Part shown: positions 13,804 to 26,289 of the stretch, piece by piece
How positions within the stretch are numbered: position 1 is the stretch's first letter
Layout of the letters: the number at the start of each line of letters is the position of its first letter
NCBI RefSeq assembly: GCF_964213995.1
Contig: NC_135804.1
Location: forward strand, 58,900,001 to 58,964,000
DNA: 64,000 nucleotides
Reading direction: 5' to 3'
Source: Mustelus asterias
Taxonomy: Eukaryota
Program-made: the position numbers and the translations under genes
Notes under the pieces: generated by a model
Databases searched by the model: none
What the model was told of the DNA's origin: nothing
The model's input: the letters and a program-made list of their open reading frames with translations, nothing else

Positions 13804-16545
13804 TCTGCCAATGGCAGTGATGAAAATTGGAGATGGAGCGGAGGCCACAACTGAAGTAGACTCAAGCTCCTGGAGGTTTTTGAAAACTAGGATGGGAATT
13901 TTAAACTAAAGGTGCTGTAGGACCAGAAGGCAATGTTGACCAGCCAGTATGGAGTGATGAATTAACAGGACGTGGGATGGGTTATACACATGTACACAAA
14001 TTCATATAAGCACACGCAGTACACATTCACATATAAGCACATGATGTGCAGAAACACAGGTACATAGACATTCACACACACTCATGAATAGTCATTTTGT
14101 ACTACAAAACTTTAGTATTGCTGATGATATAAGTTGAGATGTAATATTCTTTTGAATCTGTCCTGGTGAGTTAAAGACAAAAAGCTTGAACAGCATATTT
14201 CTTTTTTCAGCAATGCTCATGAATGGAAAGACTTGTAATTTTGGAGCAACTTTCATGATTTCAGGATGCCCCAAAACATTTTTCAGCCAATGAAGTGTAG
14301 TCACTGCTATAATTTTTTATTCATTTACAGCGTGTTTGCATCATTGGCCAGATCAGCATTTATTGCCCATTCCTAGTTGTCCTTCAGAAGATGGTGGTGA
14401 GCTGCCTTCTTGAACTGCGACAGTCACTGAGGTGTAGGTACACCACAGTGCTGTTAGGAAGGGAATTCCATGATTTTGACCCAGCGACAGTGGAACAGCG
14501 ATATATTTTGAAATCAGAATGGTGTATGACTAGGAATACATATGCAAGCTCATGTACACACAGGTACACCAATATACATTTACACACACATATATAAACA
14601 TGTACATATATGTAAACATACACCCATATGTAGGCATACACGCAGACACACAGGCAGGGAAAATGTGAAACACTTAAATGGAAAACAAGGGATCAATCTC
14701 CTTCCTTACTCAAACAGCATGTTTCTATTTTCACATTCCTCTATTATACACATTTTATCGACAATATTTTGCTTGTTCAGGTTTCCATCCCACCTCAGCG
14801 ACCTTGGACAAGTTCACAAATGAAATTCTCTGTGCTGACGACCACACAACCTCTTCATTGCAAAGACTGTCTTCTATTACCCCTGTAACGCTATCTGTCG
14901 TCGTCTCAATCCTCCGAGCAGAAACAGTTAGCCATGCCGAGTTAAATTCCATTCTGGAAATACAAATCTGGAGAGATATGAAATGCACTGTCCACCCACT
15001 TGCACCACTATACACAGTGACAATTACACCAATGTATTCCTGGCTGACTTCTTCCACCCTGCTGACTTCCAATTTGCATAAACTTTAGCTTATTCATAAC
15101 TCTGCTGCCAATATAATTTCTTGCACCAAGTCTTGTTCAACCTTTATTCTTATTCTGGCTGACCTACAATTGTTTCCCAAACCCTAGTGCTTCAAATGTA
15201 AAATTCTCATATTTAGTTAGATGTAGTCTTGACCTTGGTCTTCCCCACCTCAGGAACTCACCCAGCCAATCACCCCCCCCCATTATTCATTCCCTATCTG
15301 CGGAACATAATGCATTACCTAACCTTTTACCTTCACTGCCCAGACTTTATTCTCTCTCTAAACCTGTTTCCTGCACTTCTTCTGTTCCACTAACATTGTC
15401 TTTATTTTCCAGGACATAGAAATCCTACAGTGCAAAAGGAGACTATTCAGTCCATCAAGTCTGCACGAACTCTTCGACAGAGCATCTCACTTAGGCCCTA
15501 TCCCCATTATCCCATGTTTTTACCCTGCTATTCCCGCTAACCCACACATCCTGGGACTCTGAGGGGCAATTTAACATGGCCAATCCACCTAACCTGTTAG
15601 AGCCACATCTTCGATCAAACTTAGTCACAGAGGTTCATAGCATGGAAACAAGCCCTTCGGGCTAACTTGTCCATGCCACGCAGTTTTTACCACTAAGCTA
15701 GTCCCAATTGCCCGCATTTGGCCCATATCTCTCTTACCTATGTCACGCATGTAACTGTCTAAATGCTTTTTAAAAGACAAAATTGTATCTGCCTCTACCA
15801 TTACTTCTAGCAGCTCATTCCAGATGCTCACCACCCTCTGAGTGAAAAGATTTCCCCTCTGGACCCTTTTGTATCTCTCCCCTCTCACCTTAAACCTATG
15901 CCCTCTAGCTTTAGCTTCCCCTACATTTTGGAAAATATGTTGACTATCTACCTTATCTATGCCCCTCATTATTTTATAGACCTCTGTAAGATCACCCCTG
16001 AGCCCCCTGCGCTCTCGGGGTAAAAAGTCCCAGTCTATCCAACCTCTCCTTATAACTCAAACCATCAAGTCCCGGTAGCATCCTAGTAAATCTTTTCTGC
16101 ACTCTTTCTAGTTTAATAATATCCTTTCTATAATAGGGTGACCAGAACTCTACACAGTATTCCAAGTGTGGCCTTACTAATGCCTTGTACAACTTCAACG
16201 AGATGTCGCAACTCCTGTATTTAATGTTCTGACCAATGAAACCAAGCATGCCGAATGCCTACATCACTACCCTGTCCACCTGTGACTCCACTTTCTAGGA
16301 GCTATGAACCTGTACTCCTAAATCTCTTTGTTCCATAACTTTCCCCAATGCCCTACCATTAACTGAGTAGGTCATGCCCCGATTTGATCTACCAAAATGC
16401 ATCAGCTCACATTTATCTAAATTAAGCTCCATCCTGCCATACATCGGCCCACTGGTGTAACTGATCAAGATCCTGTTGCAATCCTAGATAACCTTCTTCA
16501 CTGTCCTCTATGCCACCACTCCTAGTGTCATCTGCAAACTTACTT

Positions 16546-16978
16546 GGGCCTGTACTCGTTGGAATTTAGAAGGCTGAGGGAGATCTTATAGAGACATGTA
16601 AGATAATAAAGGGGCTAGACAGGGTAGAGGCAGAGAGATTCTTTCCACTTAGAAAGGAAACAAGAACTAGAGGACACAGCCTCAAAATAAGGGGGAGTCA
16701 GTTTAGAACAGAGTTGAGGAGGAACTTCTTCTCTCAGAGGGTAGTGAATCTTTGGAATTCTCTGCCCATTGAAGCAGTGGAGGCTACCTCATTAAATATG
16801 TTTAAGTCACAGGTAGATAGATTTCTGATCAATAAGGGAATTAAGGGTTATGGGGAGCGGGCGGGTAAGTGGAACTAAACCACTATCAGATCAGCCATGA
16901 TCTTATTGAATGGCGGGGCAGGCTCGAGGGGCTAGATGGCCTACTCCTGTTCCTATTTCTTATGTTCTTATGTTCTTA
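16546..16978 (+). mobile_element. Nested CR1/HER1-type 3' fragment
   Basis: Similar to 1-439; ends in (TTCTTATG)n. Confidence 0.85.
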
Positions 16979-17844
16979 TCCATGCCTCTTAAATTCTCAT
17001 CTAAATCATTAATATTAACGATACAGTGGACCCAGCACTGATCCCTGAGGCACACCACTGATCACAGGCCTCCAGTTTGAAAAACAACCCTCTACAGCCA
17101 TCCTCTGTCTTCTGTCATCAAGCTAATTTTGTATCCAATTGGCTACCTTACCCTGGATCCCATAAGACTTAACCTTATGCAACAACCTACCATGAGGTAC
17201 CTTGCCAAAGTCCATGTAGGCAACATCAACTGCACTGTCCTCATCTACCTTCTTGGTTATCCCTTCAAAAAACTCAATCAAATTCACGAGACACGATTTT
17301 CCACTCACAAAGCCATGCTTGCTGTCTCTAATTAGCCGTTGCCTCTCGAAATGCCTGTAGATCCTATCCCTCAGAATACCTTTTAACAGCTTACCCATTA
17401 CAGTTGTTCGGCCAACCGGTCTATGGCTCCCAGGCTTTTCCCTGCAACTCTTGTTAAACAAAGGCACAACATTTGCCACCTCCAATCTTCAGGCACCTCA
17501 CTCGTGGCTGTCGATGATTCAAATATCTCTGCTAGGGACCTTCAACTTCCTCCCTAACCTCCTCCCTGGGGTACATTTCATCAAGTCCCGGGGATTTATC
17601 TACCTTGATGTGCTTTAAGACTTCCAGCACCTCTTTCTCTGTAATATGTATACTCCTCAGGCCATCACTATTTATTTCCCCAAGTTTTGTAAAATCCATG
17701 CCTTTCTCAACAGTAAATACCGATGAGAAATATTAATTTAGGATCTCACCCATCTCTTGTGGATCCACACATAGATGATCTTTTTGATCCTTAAGAGGTC
17801 CTACTCTCTCCTTAGTTAGTCTTTTGCCCTTTGTGTACTTATTT

Positions 17845-18880
17845 AGAACCATAGAACCATAGAAAATTACAGCTCAGAAACAGGCCTTTTGGCCCTTCTT
17901 GTCTGTGCCGAACCATTTTATGCCTACTCCCACTGACCTGCACTTGGACCATATCCCTCCACACCCCTCTCATCCATGAACCCGTCCAAGTTTTTCTTAA
18001 ATGTTAAAAGTGACCCCGCATTTACCGCTTTATCCGGCAGCTCATTCCACACTCCCACCACTCTCTGCGTGAAGAAGCCCCCCCTAATATTCCCTTTAAA
18101 CTTTTCTCCTTTCACCCTTAACCCATGCCCTCTGGTTTTTATCTCCCCTAGCCTCAGCGGAAAAAGCCTGCTTGCATTCACTCTATCTATACCCATCAAA
18201 ATCTTATACACCTCTATCAAATCTCCCCTCAATCTTCTACGCTCCAGGGAATAAAGTCCCAACCTATTCAATCTCTCTCTGTAACTCAGCTTCTCAAGTA
18301 CCGGCAACATCCTTGTGAACCTTCTCTGCACTCTTTCAATCTTATTTACATCCTTCCTGTAACTAGGTGACCAAAACTGTACACAATACTCCAAACTCGG
18401 CGTCACCAATGCCTTATATAACCTTACCATAACACTCCAACTTTTATACTAAATACTCCGATTTATAAAGGCCAATGTACCAAAGGCACTCTTTACGAAC
18501 CTATCCACCTGTGACGTAACTTTTAGGGAATTCTGTACCTGTATTCCCAGATCCCTCTGTTCAACTGCACTCTTCAGAGTCCTACCATTTACCCTGTACG
18601 TTCTTTTTTGGTTTCTCCTTCCAAAGTGCAATATCTCACACTTGTCTGTGTTAAATTCCATTTGCCATTTTTCAGCCCATTTTTCTAGTTGGTCCAAATT
18701 CCTCTGCAAGCTTTGAAAACCTTCCTCACTGTCCACTACACCTCCAATCTTTGTATCATCAACAAACTTGCTGATCCAATTTACCACATTATCATCCAGA
18801 TCATTGATATAGATGACAAACAACAATGGACCCAACACCGATCCCTGCGGCACACCACTAGTCACAGGCCTCCACTCAGA
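17845..18880 (-). mobile_element. Nested CR1-type LINE 3' part
   Basis: RT ORFs 17924-18430 and 18449-18880; same subfamily as 37040-38204. Confidence 0.85.
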
Positions 18881-19611
18881 ATTTGTAGAAGCTCTTTGGA
18901 TTCTCCTTTGCCTTATCTGCCAAAGCAACCTCATGTCCCCTTTTTGCCCTCTTGATTTCTCTCTTAATTCTACCCCTACACCCTCTATACTCTTCAAGGG
19001 ATCCACTTGATCCCAGCTGCCTATGCATGTCATGTGCCTCCTTCTTCTTGTTGACTAGGGCCTCCATATCACAAGTCACCCAGGGTTCCCTACTTCTACC
19101 AGCCTTGCCCTTCACTCTAAGAGAATGTGCTTACCCTGAACTCTGGTTAACACACTTTTGAAAGCTTCCCACTTACCAGCTATCACTTTGCCTGCCAACA
19201 GACTCCCCCAATCAACTTTTGAAAGCTCCTGTCTAATGTCATGGAAATTGGCCTTGCTCCAATTTAGAATTTTAACTTTTAGGCCAGACCTATTATTCTC
19301 CTTAGCTATCTTAAAACGAATATACTTAGTCCCAAAGTGATCCCTCATTAACACTTCTGTCACCAGCCTTTCCTTATTTCCCAAGAGGAGATCACGTTTT
19401 GCCCCCTCTCTAGCTTTCCTACCTTCTAATACGCCTTTGAATGGGTGCATTTTTCTTTTTGGTTAGGTCTTTTGGAAACTCTTTAGTACACATTTCTAAT
19501 TCAAATGCATACATATAAATATAAGAGGTGTGATTTCCTCTACTTTTCCAGGTCTGGTGGTGTTGTGGTGATGTCACTGCACTCTCTATTGTGATCTTGG
19601 CTAATACTATG

Positions 19612-19925
19612 GGGGTGGCATGGTGGCACAGTGGTTAGCGCTGCTGCCCCACAGCGCCAGGGACCTGGGTTCAATTCCAGCCTTGGATCACTGTCGGTGT
19701 GAAGTTTGCGCATTTCCCTGTGTCTGCGTGGCATTCCTCCGAGTGCTCCGGTTTCCTCCCACACTCCAAAGATGTGTGGGTTAGGTTGATTGGCCATGCT
19801 AAATTGCCCCTTAGTGTCAGGGGACTAGCAGAATAAAGACGTGGGGTTAGGGGGATACGTAGGGTTGTTGTCGGTGCAGGCTCAATGGGCCAAATGGCCT
19901 CCTTCTCCACTCTACGGATTCTATG
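19612..19925 (+). mobile_element. HE1-type V-SINE
   Basis: Full head-core-tail. Confidence 0.85.
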
Positions 19926-20424
19926 ACAAAGTGTTCTGATTGGGAGGTTAACTTATTGTTTCACTTGACAGATGGTGATTTGCCCATTGAGCATTTCCAG
20001 TATGTTCTCTTTTACATTACACACAATTGCACTGAGTCTACAGCACAGATACAGACTATTCGGCCCAATTGATATATGCTGGCATTTATGCACCTCTCCC
20101 TCTCTTCATTTATCCTCACCGACATATTTCCTTCTGCCTCTTCTATGTTTCATGCTTCCCTCTTAAATGTGTCTATACCATTCTCCTGAATGATCCCTAT
20201 ATCTAGTGTGTTCCATATTCTTACCACCTACTATGTATAGAAGCTTCTCATGAATTCTCGATTGGATATATTTATGCCTGTTGTATGTTTCTATCCTCAG
20301 GTTTCGGATTCCCTCACAAGTGGACTCATTTTCTCTGCATCAAACCTATTAACGCCGTTCATAATTTCAATGGCCTCGATCGGGTCTCCCTTCAGCTTCC
20401 ACTTTTTCACTCATTTACAATGAT

Positions 20425-20790
20425 TCGAGCGTTAGCCATTATTCACTTAGTAACACTCACTCCTGCCTGAAAAAGTTGTGCTTTCAAGCCGTACCCCGGG
20501 ACCTGGCCATAGATTGACATTCCAGTGCAGTGCTGAGAGAGTGCTGCATTGTCCGAGGTGCTGTCTCCACGATGCGACGTTAAACCTAGGCCCCATCTGC
20601 CTTCGTGGGTGCCCGTTAAAGATGTCATGCCACTAGTTTGGAGAAGAGCAGAAGAGTTATCCCCAGTATCCTGATCAACTTCATCACTCAATCAACATCA
20701 CCAAAAAATAAGGTTTTGGGGCGTTTGTTGTGCACACGTTTCCTTATCACGGCAATGGCCACACTTCAGAAGTTGCCTGCAAACGGCTAT
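20425..20790 (+). mobile_element. SacSINE1/DeuSINE-like ancient SINE (related pieces near 10105-10330 and 63690-63970)
   Basis: CCAGTGCAGTGCTGAGAGAGTGCTGCATTGTC..GAAGAGCAG..GTTATCCCC core, recognised from memory only. Confidence 0.55.
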
Positions 20791-20999
20791 GGCAAATTCG
20801 GTTAAAAAAATTACGAATCATTCCCAGTCATCGAGATCGTTGGTACTTTACTCGTTAATAACTGAAGAAAAATATCTAGCAGCTCTTTCTAGCGAAATCT
20901 TACATACCTTAACAAAACACTTATTTCCCCCAAGAACAGGGAGCATCCTCCAAATATCTTCAACACTGCTAACCCAGAATGATGTGGAGATCAGAATGA

Positions 21000-21325
21000 T
21001 GTGGAGATGCCGGCGTTGGACTGGGGTAAGCACAGTAAGAAATCTCACAACACCAGGTTAAAATCCAACAGGTTTATTTGGTAGCAAATACCATAAGCAA
21101 TGTGGGTGCTCCCTCCACCCACATTGTCTGTACATTTAAGACCTGGCTGGCTGTAGAGATTTGCATTCTAATCAGTATTCTGTAATGTGATGTCTGTGTC
21201 TGTTTGCACTGTTTGAGAACAGATATCCACTCCATCTGACGAAGGAGCTGTGCTCCGAAATCTTATGGTATTTGCTACCAAATAAACCTATTGGACTTTA
21301 ACCTGGTGTTGTGAGAGTTCTTACT
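21000..21325. mobile_element. Palindromic Penelope pLTR insertion
   Basis: Inverted arms; duplication GAGATCAGAATGA (20987-20999, 21326-21338). Confidence 0.8.
21232..21268 (+). ncRNA. Minimal hammerhead ribozyme motif
   Basis: CCAT-CTGACGA-A-GGAGC-TGT-GCTCC-GAAA-TCTT-ATGG. Confidence 0.6.
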
Positions 21326-21578
21326 GAGATCAGAATGACCAGAGGAGGTCCCTGTTTCCCGCAAATTGTTGCTGGGCTGGAGTAATAATTGTCGGAATTA
21401 TGCACCAGCTATAGCTCCGGAATATCTCATTACTCTCAATGTGTAAATTGTGGTCCAAATGTTCACCTTCAAAGAACATTCATTTTAATCTCCTATCTGT
21501 TAATGTGAATTTGCACGCCTATTGTAAAGGTTTGAATTGCAAAGCGATGTGCGCGCAGATGATAAACGTGTGTCTTGC

Positions 21579-21691
21579 CTTTGGCACTGTCACAGCTTGA
21601 AATACTGCCCAAGGATGACTATCAGCACCATTATTACCAATGGACTCACTCAATACCGAGCGCCACTAGAGGACAACGACATTGGGAGCGC
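21579..21691 (-). pseudogene. Decayed TM exon of the third family member
   Basis: TTTGCAG acceptor, frameshifted VSPLVIMVLIVILGQYFKL*, AG|GCAAGA donor-like end; sits where expected after the pseudo-C1. Confidence 0.55.
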
Positions 21692-21949
21692 CTGCAAACC
21701 AAGAACAGCAGAGATATAAGGCCGTTAATATCATTACATCCAACGAGAATACCAGGAATACACTGGATTAGAACTCATCAGTGTAGTGACCATTTAATAC
21801 AAATACAGATCTTTAAAAAATCAAATTACTGCCAACTGAAACAGTTCACATTCGGACTAATACTTCGTCAATGTAATAAAAGAATACAACAACTTCAAAT
21901 GCTAACATGGTTCTCAAAAAAAGTCACTGGATTATGAAACAGGACAAAC

Positions 21950-22240
21950 GAACAAGAGTTTCCGAAAAAGAAGTGAACATTTGTAATTTACAAATTCGGG
22001 TCTGAACAGAAAGAGGAGCCGCTTCTGCGGGTTAATGCCGCATCTTTTTAAGGTGCATACATTCCGACCGTCCTTCACTACTTAGTAGTATTGACCCCAG
22101 GTCCAATTTTCATGCTGTTCTTATACTCGAGTCACATGTAGATCTCCAGGGTAAAACTAGGCTGTTTTTCCAGGAAAGTCACTGAGGAGGATGGACAGAA
22201 TTTACACTCGATCGAGCCGATCCTCGGATGAATGGGGCGA
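21950..22240 (-). pseudogene. Decayed C1 exon of the third family member
   Basis: KTA*FYPGDLHVT..YKNSMKIGPGVNTTK**RTVGMY aligns with KTAAFYPEDLKISWQRDGVEILAGIETVRNETVDGLF; several stops; boundaries approximate. Confidence 0.7.
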
Positions 22241-23090
22241 ATTTGGGAGGGAAGGAAAATGATTTTGTTTTTAAAATATTGATTACTATTTTATTTCAGT
22301 AGCCTATAATTTAGCACACATGTTTAGGACAGGGCATGTAACATCGTGCTTCATTGGAGCTTTTTAAATTTCTTCGTTTTCAAACACTATTTATCATGGA
22401 ATTAGAAATTATATGGACCCTTGAATAGAGGAAGAGAAGTGACAGACATAAATATGTATAGTAGAATCACTGGGCCGTAGAGCATAGAGCGAGGTAATTC
22501 GGCCCAAATTGCCTGTGTTGGCTCTTTGAAAGAATTATATAATTGGTCTCACCATTGGTCTTTCTCCAAAGCTCTGGATTTCTAAATTTTTAAGTATGTG
22601 TCCTATTCCCAATAATAAAAGTATTATTGCTTCTTCCAGGTAGGGAATTCCGGATCGTAGCATTTTAGCTCGGAAAACATTTTTTCTTCCCCTACGATCT
22701 TGCTCTTTTGACCATTTTCATGAATTTGGTCCTTTGGTTACTGAATCGTAGTTTATCCTGTTACAGAATCTGATAACCATACACTGTAGGAATCCATTTG
22801 CTCAGTGTGCTAGGTTGGTTCTGCAGATGCCATCCAGTTTGTCTAATTGACCTATTTATTCATTTATCTTTAAAAAATATGGATAATCCTGCTACAATAA
22901 CAAGTTGTAAACTTAAATAGATGTATTGTAAATCGGCAATCTTACTCCGAGGCTGGCTGGATGCTGATACTAGATGCAAACCCCTCTGCAGTTGTTTCAT
23001 TCCTGCACTCTTCACTAACTCGTTGATATGTTACCAAGCATCTTTTGTATAGTTGATCCCTGAAACATTCAGAACTTGCAACTCAAGGGG

Positions 23091-23395
23091 CACGAGGATC
23101 TTTGAGCCGGTTCCATTCCCAATTCTCCTTTACGACAGTATACTGACCTTATGGCCAGATTCTTTGAAAATCACAGTGAAGAAGTAGAGGGCTTCTCCGC
23201 ACTTTTTGTTTGGAAGATTTGTCTTTCGCTTCTTCGTTGTCCAAGAGTTTTTCGTTATCCTACTGCCACCAATAGGTCTTTCGTTGACTCCTCTTGAAAG
23301 TGAAGGAAGATGCAGTACCCGGCGATGTTTGTTCGTTTGAGCGCAACTTTAAGTGGAGAGGATTTGGCTAATTGTGAAATCCCCCAACAACCATC
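23091..23395 (-). pseudogene. Decayed V(J) exon of a third family member
   Basis: Across frameshifts: ..LKVALKRTNIAGYCIFLHFQE.. / YWWQ* / TVIFKESGH / IGNGTGSKILV, in the same order as CTFPIFQD, WW, NVTFADSG and the GxG J-motif. Confidence 0.7.
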
Positions 23396-23569
23396 AGAAA
23401 GCCAATATAAATACGAAAATAGACATCTGTGGCAGTGCAATCCCCAGGATCAGAATACATCTGAAGCATTCCGGACAATTCAAGTTGACTGAATGCAAGC
23501 AACAAATGACATCCGATAGTTCGGGTTTTGTGGGTTCTGCAAAGATCAGACGAGAATAGGTAAGAGGTC

Positions 23570-24480
23570 AGTGACATCATGTGTAGAGTGGGGAGTTTTG
23601 CTGATGATTGCACTACGTACAGAATCATTCGCAACTCCTCAGGCACTGAAGCAATACGTGTCCATATGAGACAAGAACAGCAAAACCTTCGGGCTTTGCT
23701 TAATAAGAGGCAAGTGACCACACCTCGTGCAAGGCAATAACCATTTCCAAACCGAGAGAATCAACCCATCATTCCTGAGTTTCAAGGGCTAATATCCTCC
23801 TCCCCCTGCCACCACCACTAAACCAACCCCCAACTCTAACTTTTGTGGGTTGGTGTTGACAAGAATACTAATTGACTCAGCCTTGCAAATACTGTGGTTA
23901 CATGAACAGATGAGAGGCTGGGAATTCTGTGGCAAGTAACTCACCACCTGACACCCCAAATCCTCTGTATTATCTACTAGACACAACTCAATTGTATGAT
24001 GGAGCTTGCCTGGATGAATGTGGTTCCAGAGGCTGGGCACTATCAAGGACAAAGCTGTCCGTTTGCTTAGCACCCCATCCAACACTTCACACATTCGCTT
24101 CTTCTACCATTTGTCCCAAGAGCAAAAACATCTACACAGTGCAATGGGACAACTCACCAAGTCTGCACGAACCGTCACCATCAATTCCAAATCCTATACC
24201 TTGACCACCTGGAGAACAAGGGCAGCAGATGCATGGGAATTCCAGACCTGTACGTTCCTTTCTGAGTGACACAACATCTTGACCTGAAACCATATCACCA
24301 TTCCTTCTCTGCCCCTGGGCTAAACTCCTGGAACTCCCTCCCACCATCACCCCCGGAACACCCTTCAGGTGTTCCTTCATCATATGGACTGCAATGATTT
24401 AAGAAACAGCACACCATCATCTTCTCAAGGGAAATTAGGGATGGATAATTAATGCCTGTTTTGCCATATCCCTTGAACCA
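23570..24480 (+). mobile_element. L2/CR1-group LINE 3' relic (related pieces near 35600-37040, 38215-38900, 52170-53080, 58615-58850)
   Basis: FADD-like start and a shared 3' motif CAGCTCACCACCACCTTCTCAAGGGCAATTAGGGATGG-like. Confidence 0.6.
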
Positions 24481-26289
24481 GTAAAAGATGTGATGCAACC
24501 TGTAGAACATTTCCTGTTTTACTTTCAGATTTCCAGTATCCACATCATATTATAACTCAAAAGTGCTCCCTGAGTGGTTGTTCCTTGTGGAGGAATTGTT
24601 ATTGGAATGGAAAACAGTAAGTTTGAAGGGCAAAAGTGCGTAAAGGGCAAATTGGTTGTAAGGGGCTTATTAAATGGGCAATATGTTTGGAACATCATTT
24701 ATGACCAAGAATGAAAATGCCCTTTCTTCAAAAAACTGTCTGTACTGCAGTTTGTAAGATAACAATCACTCCAGTTGAATCAGCTAAACCTTATTTTCTG
24801 AATGCACAGCTTGCAGGCTTTGCAGTTACAATGGCAGCCTTGGAATGAACGCTTGGGCTTCCAGGCTCTTAGCTAAAGTCAGCAGAATTTATTCCATTTG
24901 TTAAGAACCAGTTGATGGAAATTGCTAGGATATTCCAAATCCCAGAAGGGAAACCTGGAATACTGGGTGCTAACTGTGTTTTTTTGCAATTTACTCTAAC
25001 GTGGGGAAAGGTGTGAAAATCAGAGTAGAATACATTAGCCTTGCTGTAACAATCAAAATAAATGCTTATTAAACAGTAATATACACAACAAGACAACTAA
25101 AACACCAAACACTTAGCTACATTAATAGCCAATCACAATGCCTTTTAACTGATCCACCTTCAAATTTCTCTATTTTCCTAACTTTATGGCTAAACCACTC
25201 CAAATAACATCCCATAACTTTTAAACTGTAAGCAAAATCTAGCAATAGTGACCACATCCGGCACATATATCTCTTGTGAGGTTACTTCTGGCTTAGAATA
25301 GAGACAAACTGGCTGTTGAAAGATGCTTTCTCAGGCACTTCTTGTTGTGGGAATGAACACAACTTCCTGCTGTGTGTGGCTGTGATGTTCGACCAGTTTC
25401 CTGTATAGGATAAACTCTGCCACTGATGTACCACTTTTTCCTTTTGATCTTTTCTTATCTGCATTACCTGTCTTCGAGGTCCCTCTCAATGACACTTCTT
25501 ACATATGCTCACCCTTTAAAAATAAGGTTTGCCATTCACCCTCATCTTCTCTTTTGAACATTTACCATTTTTATTTTAACGCTTGAAATTCTATGCCCCA
25601 TTGTTATCCATTTCCTGTTGGTAAATATCTGTTGACAGTATTACCTGGCTAATCTTCATATCCAAAACCTCAGTTACTTCAGCTCAGTCAACATGTCTTC
25701 CTAACCAATTCCCATTTAAATATAGTTTGCTCCCTTATAATCATGCCCCACCAGAACATATTTTGAATTATTAGATTCCTTAACTTTTATGTTATCACAA
25801 CTCCTTGATACATTGCTGACTACAAGTTTATTTATCCTATGAACTAGCTATGATATAAATGGTTAAACAATAAGCAAGTGAACTATTAAGTCATTAAATT
25901 CTGCAGCCGATGTCTTGAACAATTCTCTTTGTCATCTTCCACCACCTGGTTGTTTTCATACATGGATCAGAGCCAGGTGCAAACATGAGTATTTTTTATA
26001 TATTTTGATCCAACCATTAACGTTTTTAAAAAATCAGATTATTTGTTTTGGCTCTTGTGAAGGGGCATGTCTTCTATTTCTGTTTGAAGGAACTTGTTAC
26101 TTGAAATTATGAAAACTGAAGAGAGAAGTTCTGATTTTGGATACCTCGTTAGACCAACCAACCATTTCATTTTAGAGTAAGCCTTTAAACTAAATAGTGA
26201 AGAAGGATTGTTCAACCGGAAGGAATATTAAAAAATTAAATTGAGTACAAGGCAATAGCGTAGGTAGAGACAGGAGCAATGATAACCAG

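Larger units (their letters stand above)
15625..19430 (-). mobile_element. Decayed CR1-type LINE ORF2 with two nested younger LINEs
   Basis: RT fragments at 15625-16249, 17123-17485, 18876-19450. Confidence 0.8.

Noticed and set aside
23460-23515. Possible leader exon of the pseudogene (MSFVACIQST*)
   Set aside because: Position is plausible, but similarity and splice donor are too weak to support.
25046-25799. Possible second solo LTR (TGTAAC...ATCACA)
   Set aside because: No convincing target duplication or second copy; left unassigned.
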